DNA from: a virus
Lineage: Duplodnaviria > Heunggongvirae > Uroviricota > Caudoviricetes
IMG/VR virus record: IMGVR_UViG_3300033463_000007
Span: 1-64,000 of that record
Length of the DNA: 64,000 nt
Strand: one strand, 5' to 3'
Shown here one piece after another: positions 23,072-31,416 of this stretch (positions within the stretch are counted from its first letter, which is position 1; every line of letters begins with the position of its first letter). Below the pieces are notes generated by a model, which saw only the letters and a program-made list of their open reading frames with translations, did no database searches and was not told where the DNA came from. Made by a program: the position numbers and the translations under genes.

Positions 23072-24385
23072 ATGAGACAAAATTTACTTGAAACTTATTC
23101 AAGACAGCTCTCAGTTGCAGAGGCCTATGTTGCTAAGAATTTTGACGGACGTCAGATTTCTAATAACACCAAGCTTGCTACTGCAGTTCTGCTTGATAAT
23201 ACTAATCGTTGGATTACAGAGTCTATTAATGAGTCTGTAGCAACTTCTCGTGCAGACCTCGGTTCTTGGAAGAGATTCTGCCTTAATCTTACAAATATTG
23301 CTGTTCCTTCCCTTATCGCTAATGACCTCGTTATTGTTCATCCAATGACTTCTTACAGCGGTTCAGTTGCATACTTAAAGTATGTTTCTAAGACTGAAAA
23401 GGGTGACATTCACAATGGTACAGAGTTTAACAGTGTATTCGGTCTTGGAAAGATGACTGATGCTCGTAGAGATTTCACATCTCAGGTTATTGTTGAGTCT
23501 GTTGGTTCTGGTGGAGCAGTTCCTACTCTTACTCCTGTTGAGGGTGGACTTTCCTATGAGGAAGATATGGCCATTAAGAGAGCTACTTATAAGTCTGTTC
23601 TTGCTGATGGTACCGCTGTTTATGGTGATTCTGTAGATCCTGCAGCTGTTAAGTTTGCTTATGTTTCTAGAGAATTCCAGATGGAGCAGGTTCCTGCAGA
23701 AGATATTCCTACCATTGGTCCTAAGATGGAGCACATTGCTCTTGTAGCTGAGCCTCGTAGAATTGCTGTTCGTTATGACCAGATCACTGCATTCCAGGCT
23801 AAGACCGACTATGGCTTCTCTCTTGATAAGCAGATTGCTGAGCAGGCTTGTGGCGAGCTCGCTTATGAGATCGATACTGATATCGTAGACATGCTCCGCG
23901 AGGGTGCTGGTGAAGCTAATGAAGAGCTTGTTTGGTATAAGACTCTTCCTGTTGGCGTTTCCAAGTTTGAGCATTACAATGGCTTCCTCGAAGTTATTGA
24001 AAAAGCTCGCGCTATCATCTATAACAGAACTCAGAAGTTCCATCCTAACTTCATGGTTATTGCAGCTGATGTTCTTCCTGTTCTCAGATTCGTTAACGGC
24101 TTCTCCGCTGTAAAGAATCCTAAGATGAATGGTCCTTATAAGGTTGGTGAACTTGACTCCCTCGGAGTTTATGTATCTCCTAGACTTGGCTCTGGCGAAT
24201 TCTTCTTCGGCCTCAATGGTTCCGATATGATGAGCTCCGCTGGTGTGTATGCTCCTTATATGGCAATCGTTCCTACTCAATTACTTGGAACTCCTGACGG
24301 CGGCTTAGCACAGGGCTTCAGTACTTGGTATGCCAAGGCTCTGCTTAATGCTAACCTCCTAGTTGCCGGTAAGATTGTTGCTTAA
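23072..24385 (+). CDS. Major capsid protein, T4 gp23-like
   Basis: LIANDLVIVHPMT..SG, LAYEIDTDI, GVYAPY motifs; codon bias typical of highly expressed genes; followed by a strong terminator. Confidence 0.93.
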   Translation: MRQNLLETYSRQLSVAEAYVAKNFDGRQISNNTKLATAVLLDNTNRWITESINESVATSRADLGSWKRFCLNLTNIAVPSLIANDLVIVHPMTSYSGSVAYLKYVSKTEKGDIHNGTEFNSVFGLGKMTDARRDFTSQVIVESVGSGGAVPTLTPVEGGLSYEEDMAIKRATYKSVLADGTAVYGDSVDPAAVKFAYVSREFQMEQVPAEDIPTIGPKMEHIALVAEPRRIAVRYDQITAFQAKTDYGFSLDKQIAEQACGELAYEIDTDIVDMLREGAGEANEELVWYKTLPVGVSKFEHYNGFLEVIEKARAIIYNRTQKFHPNFMVIAADVLPVLRFVNGFSAVKNPKMNGPYKVGELDSLGVYVSPRLGSGEFFFGLNGSDMMSSAGVYAPYMAIVPTQLLGTPDGGLAQGFSTWYAKALLNANLLVAGKIVA

Positions 24386-24405
24386 TTAATTAGCAGAAAT
24401 TATTT

Positions 24406-24439
24406 AGAAGGCCTGCCCAATTGGGCAGGCCTTCTTTTT
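24406..24439. terminator. Terminator between the converging capsid and endonuclease genes (probably bidirectional)
   Basis: Perfect palindrome AGAAGGCCTGCCCAATTGGGCAGGCCTTCT followed by a T run. Confidence 0.88.
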
Positions 24440-24444
24440 ATTTT

Positions 24445-25857
24445 TTATTTATTCCAAATATATGTTGCTTGCCCGCAGTCAAAAATTTCAACAAAACCAG
24501 CGTCTATCATAAGCTGTCTATTATTATTTGTAGACAAATCATCTTGTTTAGCATCACAATGATGAATTAATCTAGAAAAACCTTGCTGGCGAAGAAGGGC
24601 ATCAGTATAATGTTGCTTTGTCTTAATATTGTACCAATGTTTTGAGGGGGAAGAGTCTCTTAAGAGAGAAAATCCTAATTTTAAATAAGTTTGTCCAGAA
24701 AATTTACTTAAATCACAATAACTAATAACTGAATTTGGAGAATAATTAATTTTAAAATAATTAAATAATTTTTCAGCTCCGCCGATTACTTTTTGACAAG
24801 AGCAATATCTAATAAGTTCCCATTCATAATTTTTATTATATCGTGGTTTTCCAAAAGTCATAACAGAAACTAATTTGTTGTTATAAAATAATCCTAAATA
24901 AATTTGTGCTTTAGCTGTTCCCTGTAAATGATACTGTATTAAAAAAGTATCTGCCTCTTGCTTTGAAATATTTTTTACTTCACTTAAACGCCCATAAAGA
25001 ATTTGTTGATCAGCTTTTAATAAATTTAAAACTTTTTGCTTGTCATCCCAATCAAAAATATGAATACATCTAAAATTATATTTTTGAGCTATTTTGGACT
25101 TATTTTTATGATAGTTTTTAGTTAGTGGAGTATTGTACTCAAAAGGAGTAAATGTAGAATTATGTGTAAAGGATGGATCAATCTCAACTAGTATATCATT
25201 AATTTTAAAATCAAAAAATTTATGATCTAAGCAAAATTCACGCTCATAATTAAGCTGAGCAGCCTCTAAAAGCTGTTTAAATTCTAAATTAGGTAAACTA
25301 TCTTTTTGATTATAAGTTTTACCATTTTGAAATCTTTTTTGTAAGATCTTTTCTTTTTCTTCAGGCGTTAAATTTTCCCACCAGTTTTTCATAGACTGGC
25401 TTCTTAAATTATTTTGTCTTTGTTCTTCTTCTGTGGGCAATGTTGCTCTATATTGTTTATTTGCTTGAGCTTTATATAATGCATAATTAGGTGTAGAATG
25501 AGCAAGACTTTGTTTAATTGACCATTCCTCTTTTTCTTCCTCTGACTTAGCCGCCCAAGATTGTTTTTGAGTTTCACTAGATTTTTGTCCACCAGCTATA
25601 TAACTTTCATGAGATCTAGCAGCAGTTTTTCCCTTAAATCTTGAAGGCTTAGGCTTAGAAAAATCATAATTAAAAAGTTTTAAAATTTTAGTTAACTGCT
25701 TAGTAGTTCTAAGACCAAATTCATCCATAGTTTCTTTTTGATTGTGGTAGGTATAAAATTCAATAAATTTATCGGCTCCTACATTATCAATAATATTTTG
25801 AATAATTTCTTTATTTAATTTTTCAATTTGTAATTGTTGTTCATATTTTTCTGACAT
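24445..25857 (-). CDS. Hef-like free-standing homing endonuclease (PD-(D/E)xK/Vsr-like domain)
   Basis: FDFKINDILVEID..FTH...YHKNK....RCIHIFDWD nuclease-like segment, then LGLFYN..LVSVMTFGKPRY..WELIRYC..VIGGAEKLF..ISYCD. Only - strand gene, inserted after the capsid gene. Confidence 0.75.
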   Translation of the reverse strand: MSEKYEQQLQIEKLNKEIIQNIIDNVGADKFIEFYTYHNQKETMDEFGLRTTKQLTKILKLFNYDFSKPKPSRFKGKTAARSHESYIAGGQKSSETQKQSWAAKSEEEKEEWSIKQSLAHSTPNYALYKAQANKQYRATLPTEEEQRQNNLRSQSMKNWWENLTPEEKEKILQKRFQNGKTYNQKDSLPNLEFKQLLEAAQLNYEREFCLDHKFFDFKINDILVEIDPSFTHNSTFTPFEYNTPLTKNYHKNKSKIAQKYNFRCIHIFDWDDKQKVLNLLKADQQILYGRLSEVKNISKQEADTFLIQYHLQGTAKAQIYLGLFYNNKLVSVMTFGKPRYNKNYEWELIRYCSCQKVIGGAEKLFNYFKINYSPNSVISYCDLSKFSGQTYLKLGFSLLRDSSPSKHWYNIKTKQHYTDALLRQQGFSRLIHHCDAKQDDLSTNNNRQLMIDAGFVEIFDCGQATYIWNK

Positions 25858-25869
25858 AATTTTTAATCT

Positions 25870-25885
25870 CCTAATTAATTTAGCT
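25870..25885 (-). promoter_or_regulatory. Putative late promoter motif (AGCTAAATTAATTAGG) of the endonuclease gene
   Basis: Minus strand reads AGCTAAATTAATTAGGAGATTAAAAATTATG: motif, RBS, then start codon. Confidence 0.65.
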
Positions 25886-25989
25886 TAACTTATCACAAAT
25901 ATCCTTGAATTAATCTACTATAATATATACAATTTTTTAATTGAAAATATAAACTTTATTAAGTATATTTTTATTAATAATATCTAAAT

Positions 25990-26006
25990 AATATTGTATA
26001 ATATAA
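25990..26006 (+). promoter_or_regulatory. Putative TATAAT-type promoter upstream of fhs
   Basis: AATATTGTATAATATAA, identical to 14699-14715. Confidence 0.45.
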
Positions 26007-26039
26007 TTGAAATTTATTATACTTTGAAAGGATGTTATT

Positions 26040-27644
26040 TTGAAAAATATACTTGATCTTTGTAAAGAATTATCTATACCACAAGATAAAATTCAGCCTT
26101 ATGGTTGGGATAAAGCTAAAATTGATTTAAGAGCAGAAGATTTAATAGATAAACCTAGTGGAAAGCTTGTGTTAGTTACTGCTTGTTGTAATGCTGAAGT
26201 AGCAGGTATGGGTAAAACATCTACGGAAATTGCTATTAACCAGTCTTTAAATTATTTAGGTGTTAAATCTATTGCTTGCCTAAGAGAGCCCTCTCTTGGT
26301 GTTAGTGTTAATGGTAAAGGAGGAGCTACAGGAGCATTAAATGCACAAGTAGAACCAGCTGATCAGATTAATCTGCACTTTCTAGGAGATATCCATGCGT
26401 TAACTTCTACAATAAATCTTATTGCTGCACAAATTGATAATGTAATTTATCAAGGTAATGAATTAAATATTGATCCTAATAAAATTGTCTGGAATAGAGC
26501 TATTGATATTTGTGATAGATCTTTAAGAAGTGTTACGGTGGCACAAGATGATAAAAAGGCTACTCCACATCACTGTGAATTTGTTATAACTGTTGCGCAT
26601 GAATTATCTACTATTATGACATTAGCTACCGATGAAGATGATTTTATTAATCGAACTGAAAAAGCTATTGTAGCATATACTTATGATGATAAACCTATTA
26701 CGGTTGCTGATTTACATATGAGTAAATGCATTAGAAAATTAATGCATGAGGCTTTAAAGCCAAATATTGTAATGTCAACATCTGGAGCTCCCTGTCTCAT
26801 CAGTGCCACACCTTTTGGAAATATCTCGGTTGGTTGTTCAGCGACAAGAGCTACTAAACTTGCATTAAAATTAGCAGATATTACTTTTGTAGAAAATGGT
26901 TTTGCTAGTGAACTTTCTTGTGAAAAACATCTAGATTTAGTTTTACCAAGTGCCGGCTTAATTCCTGATGCTATTATGGCTGTTATTTCCTGTAGGTCAT
27001 TAAAGTATCAAGGTGGCCAACCTAATGATAAGTTAAGTGAAGAAAATGCTCGGGCGGTACAAGTAGGCTTAGTAAATATGGCTGCTCATATTAAGCATTT
27101 AAGAAACTATAATATCCCAATTGTTATTGCAATAAATAAATTTAGTTGTGATACAGATGCAGAAATTAAAGTCGTTACTGAGTATCTAGATTCAGAAAAA
27201 CTTCCTTATGCAATAAGCGAAGGCCCTCTAAAAGGTGAAATAGGTAGTATAGATTTAGCTAAAGTACTATTACAAACTTTAAACGCTACAAAAGTTACTA
27301 CATATAATACTTTGTATCAATGGAATGAACCTATTAAAACAAAGATAGAAAAAATTTGTACAAAAGCTTATGGAGCTACTGCTGTTGAATATTCAGAAGA
27401 AGCCCTTAAACAAATTGAAAATTATACAAATAGAGGCTATAATAATTTACCTATAGTAATGTGTAAGACACCAGCATCAATTACAGAAGACCCGAAAATC
27501 CTTGGAATGCCCAAAGAACATACTATTCATATAAGAGAAGTTCGACTTTTTGCCGGGGCGGGCTTCTTAGTCCCAATTTCAGGTTCTTTGCTTATGCTTC
27601 CAGGCCATGTTAAAAACCCTAGACTTTTAGACAGTTATAAATAA
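26040..27644 (+). CDS. fhs: Formate--tetrahydrofolate ligase (FTHFS), divergent
   Basis: PYG..KAKID, GKLVLVTA..GMGKTS, LREPSLG..KGGA, INLHFLGDIHA, AINKF..DTDAEI, LPIVMCKT, IREVRLFAGAGF..LPG; TTG start after AAAGGA. Confidence 0.92.
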   Translation: MKNILDLCKELSIPQDKIQPYGWDKAKIDLRAEDLIDKPSGKLVLVTACCNAEVAGMGKTSTEIAINQSLNYLGVKSIACLREPSLGVSVNGKGGATGALNAQVEPADQINLHFLGDIHALTSTINLIAAQIDNVIYQGNELNIDPNKIVWNRAIDICDRSLRSVTVAQDDKKATPHHCEFVITVAHELSTIMTLATDEDDFINRTEKAIVAYTYDDKPITVADLHMSKCIRKLMHEALKPNIVMSTSGAPCLISATPFGNISVGCSATRATKLALKLADITFVENGFASELSCEKHLDLVLPSAGLIPDAIMAVISCRSLKYQGGQPNDKLSEENARAVQVGLVNMAAHIKHLRNYNIPIVIAINKFSCDTDAEIKVVTEYLDSEKLPYAISEGPLKGEIGSIDLAKVLLQTLNATKVTTYNTLYQWNEPIKTKIEKICTKAYGATAVEYSEEALKQIENYTNRGYNNLPIVMCKTPASITEDPKILGMPKEHTIHIREVRLFAGAGFLVPISGSLLMLPGHVKNPRLLDSYK

Positions 27645-27651
27645 TTAATTT

Positions 27652-27682
27652 AAGAAGCTCTTAAATAAGAGCTTCTTTTTTT
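27652..27682 (+). terminator. Intrinsic terminator
   Basis: AAGAAGCTCTT-AAAT-AAGAGCTTCTT followed by a T run. Confidence 0.85.
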
Positions 27683-27693
27683 ATGTATTGTTC

Positions 27694-27709
27694 TGCTAAA
27701 TTATACAAG
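27694..27709 (+). promoter_or_regulatory. Putative late promoter motif (TGCTAAATTATACAAG)
   Basis: Copy abutting the AAGGAG RBS of the glycan-modification operon. Confidence 0.7.
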
Positions 27710-27719
27710 GAGATGAGCA

Positions 27720-29582
27720 ATGCAATCATATATAGCTATTAATAATGATTTAAATATTCGTCAACAGAGTTCTTCTGGAGGAATTTTTTCAGCTCTTGCT
27801 ACTTATGTATTACAAAATCAAGGTGTAGTTTTTGGAGCTGCTTGAAATTCAGAATGACTTGTTGATATTATTAGTATTACTGATCTTAAAGATTTATCTA
27901 AATTAAGAGGAAGTAAATATATTCAAGCAAATATTAAAAATACTTATCAAGAATGCAGAAACTACTTAGAGGCCGGTAAATTAGTTTTATATAGTAGTAT
28001 TCCATGTCAACTTCATGGACTTAAAAAATTTCTTAATAAAGATTATGATAATCTTATTTTAGTAGATATTGCTTGCCATGGCTTAATGCCAATAAATATT
28101 TGAAAAGATTATTTAAAAACAATTCAACGCCCGAATGTTCCGATTACGGAAATCAATTTTAGGTATAAAGAACCGACTTGAGAAGATTATCATGTTTTAG
28201 TTAAGTATTTTGACGGCCAGGTTTTAAAAGAACATCACAATAATAATAAGTATTTACAAACATTTTTAAGCGATAAATATTTAAAAAGTTCTTGTTATGA
28301 CTGTAAATTTAAAAATAATTATAGTATAAGTGATTTAATAATTGGAGATGCTTGAGGTACAAAAGCTCCATATAAATCTCAGTATGGAATTAGTTTTATA
28401 CAAGTATTAACGAATAAAGGTCAAGAATTTTTATCTAAAATAAACACTATTTCTAAAATATTACAAGAACCTAATTATCAAGCAAATGGTTGTTTTAAAA
28501 ATAAAATAAATATAACTCCTGCAAAATTTACTTCTGACCTAATTCAGAAAAAAATTGGAATCATTACTTTACATTTAATTGATAATTATGGAGGAACCCT
28601 TCAAGCGTGAGCATTAAATAAATATATTACAGAATTAGGCTATAAAGCCGAAACACTTACTTGAAAAGATTCTCGTATTTTAGACTTTGCAAAAAAGAAT
28701 ATTCCATTAAGAACATTTAATAATTCTAAAGATTTAAAAAATATTAAACCTTCTGATTATGATATTTTAGTAGTTGGCAGTGATCAAATTTGACGACATA
28801 GATTTATTACAGGTGATTTTGAAGAGGACTATATAAATATTCCATTTTTACAATTTACTAATGGTTGAAATAAAACTAGGCTTTCTTATGCAGCTTCTAT
28901 TGGAGTTGCAGGAAAGGATTGGGAATATTCAGAAATAGAAACTAAAAATATTAGTAGATTATTACAAAATTTTAATGCAGTTTCAGTCAGAGAAGTACAA
29001 TCAGTACAAGACTGTAAAGATAAATTGAATATCAACGTAAGTAATTGTGTAGATCCGACATTATTAATTTCAAAGCAGGAGTATTTAAAGCTATGTGAGA
29101 ATGAACCCAAGTATACGCAGAATATATTTATTTATTTACTTGATGAAACCTCCGATAAATTAACTGAAATAATTAATTATTGTAATACTAATAATCTAAC
29201 ATTTTTTAAAATAAGAGAAAAAACAGTTGAGTCCTGACTGGCTGCATTTCGTGATGCTGAATACATTATTACAGATTCATTTCATGGCTGTATTTTTTCA
29301 CTATTATTTAATAAACCATTTATTTGTCTTTATAATAAATGGCGTGGAAATGCTAGATTTGATTCCTTAATAAAATTATTTAATATAGAGGCTAATATTA
29401 TATATAATATTAATGAATTACAATGGCATTCCTTTTATAGGCCTAAAGAAATTCAGCAACAGGAAATTTTAAAATCAGAACTTTTCCTAAAAAATTCTTT
29501 AGCTTTACCCTCAAAAATAATGAATTTTATACCTTATAAAAAACCAGACCCACAAAAATCAAAACCTTATTTATATTTTTAA
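27720..29582 (+). CDS. FrhB/FdhB-like (F420 hydrogenase beta-type) domain fused to a polysaccharide pyruvyl transferase family domain (620 aa, code 4)
   Basis: N-half SSSGGIF, RGSKYIQ, PCQ, DIACHG, SCYDC, GDA(W)G. C-half KIGIIT..NYGGTLQA(W)AL, VVGSDQI(W), SYAASIG, VSVRE, DPTLL, TDSFHG..FNKPF. Confidence 0.88.
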
Positions 29583-29596
29583 AGGAATTATATATT

Positions 29597-30526
29597 ATGG
29601 AAGAAAAAAGAGCTTGGTTAATGTTTTTAAGCTCAAGTAATTATTATTTATATTTAACTATAGGTTTATATAAAAATCTATTAGACATTCAAACCAAATA
29701 TCCAATTTATTGTGGTGTTACACCAGATGTAGATACTAGAACTAGAAATATCTTAAAAACTATTGGACTTAATTTAATTAACTTAGATACTAGCGTAATT
29801 AGTCCAACGGTATTAGCAAATAGTAAGCATAAAAATATAGAACACTATCATCAAGCTTTTACTAAACTTACTTTATTTGATACGCCAGTTGAAAAAATAT
29901 TTGACAAAGTAGTATATATTGATACAGATGTACAAGTATTTGAAAATATTGATGAATTATTTGAATATCCACACATGAGTGCTATTATCGATGTGTATCC
30001 CTGGCATGATACTACGACTACACCCTATATTGAAGGCTGCTCTAAATTCTGTAGTGGATTATTTGTATGGGATTTTAAAAATAATCCAGGAAAAGGCCAT
30101 CAAATAATTCAAGAATTACCTAATTTAAATCCTAAAATTATCTGGCATGATCAAAATATTTTAAATTATTTTTATCAAGATTGAAGAGAAAAACCTGAAC
30201 TTCATATACCGCCCGAATATGGAGTTATGAACTTTAAACCAAATATAGATAAGCTTGAAAAGCCAATAAAAGCTATTCATTATACAGGTAGATTAAAATC
30301 CGGTTGGCCTTTTTTAGAAGAAAAAATTATACCGGAGCGTAGCTGAAAATATAATAATATTCATTTTAAAGAGTGGGTGACATCTTTAAGTGAAGCTGTA
30401 AAATATTTTAATCTTAGATATAAAGTAAATATTCCGCGATTATATGCAGAACATCTTATTTTAAGCTCACCGGAATTAAAAAAACCAACTTATGTTGGAC
30501 AACGTAATGCATATTTATACTTTTAG
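29597..30526 (+). CDS. Glycosyltransferase family 8 (glycogenin-like) (309 aa, code 4)
   Basis: FTKLTLF, FDKVVYIDTD (DxD), NIDELF, FCSGLFV, DQNILNYFY, IHYTG. Confidence 0.88.
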
Positions 30527-30530
30527 TTAT

Positions 30531-30559
30531 AAAATAGGCCTATTAATAGGCCTATTTTT
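30531..30559 (+). terminator. Intrinsic terminator
   Basis: AAAATAGGCCTATTAATAGGCCTATTTT palindrome. Confidence 0.8.
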
Positions 30560-30599
30560 AATTAAGTAATAAGGTTCCTTAATTATTTATATTTTTATT

Positions 30600-30615
30600 T
30601 GCTAAATTAATTGAT
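30600..30615 (+). promoter_or_regulatory. Putative late promoter motif (TGCTAAATTAATTGAT)
   Basis: Exact copy upstream of the neck operon. Confidence 0.75.
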
Positions 30616-30657
30616 AAATTAAATTTATTAAAAACTTTAAAGGAGGTAGCTATTACA

Positions 30658-31383
30658 GTGACTTTAACAGAAGCGCTAGAAGAAGTTAAGCTAGAAGTTA
30701 CTGGCGGGATTTTGACGCTTGAAATAAATGATGATATTTTAGCAACTGTTATAAAAAAAGCATTACGTGAGTTAGAGCGGTTCTGAGATGAAACTACATT
30801 AGTTACTGTTCCTTTTGCTTCTTGCATTGATTTACAGAATTCAGAATTAGACCTCAAAGAAAAAGTTAGTTCTATAGTTAATGTATATCGAACCGAAGCA
30901 GCTGGTGATACCTATAGTGGTGATGGTCTTTCAGACCCAATGTTTGCACAACAGTGAATGCTATTTAGTAATGCCGGAACAATGTATAATTTAAATGATT
31001 ATATATTAAATTATGCTTCTTGAAATACTTTATTACAAGTAAAAAATACAATGTCTACAGACATGTCTTTTAAAGAAGATCGACACAATAATAAATTATA
31101 TATTAATCATTATTTAGATACGCCACACCAAGTAACTATTGAGTATATTCCTAAATTAAAAGATATTGAACAAATTCAAAGCGATTATTGAATTGATATT
31201 TTAATTAGACTCAGTGTTGCATTAACTAAAATTGCCTTAGGCAGAATTCGTTCAAGATTCACACAATCTAATGCTTTATGGAATCAAGATGGTGAACGGA
31301 TGCTTGAAGAAGGCACAACTGATTATAAAGAATTACGTGAAATATTAAGAAACAACAGTCAAATGATTTATCCAATTGATTAA
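30658..31383 (+). CDS. Neck protein, T4 gp13-like (241 aa, code 4)
   Basis: GTG start after AGGAGG; Y(W)IDILIRLSVALTKIALGRIRSRF...DGERMLEEG..ELREIL resembles the gp13 C-terminus. Absent from the ORF track because of 4 TGAs. Confidence 0.75.
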
Positions 31384-31416
31384 GAGTAATTTAAAAAATA
31401 AGGAGAAAATTTATTT

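Noticed and set aside
23111-24280. Long antisense ORFs (301 aa and 76 aa) over the capsid gene
   Set aside because: Explained by the capsid gene's codon bias; no recognisable motifs.
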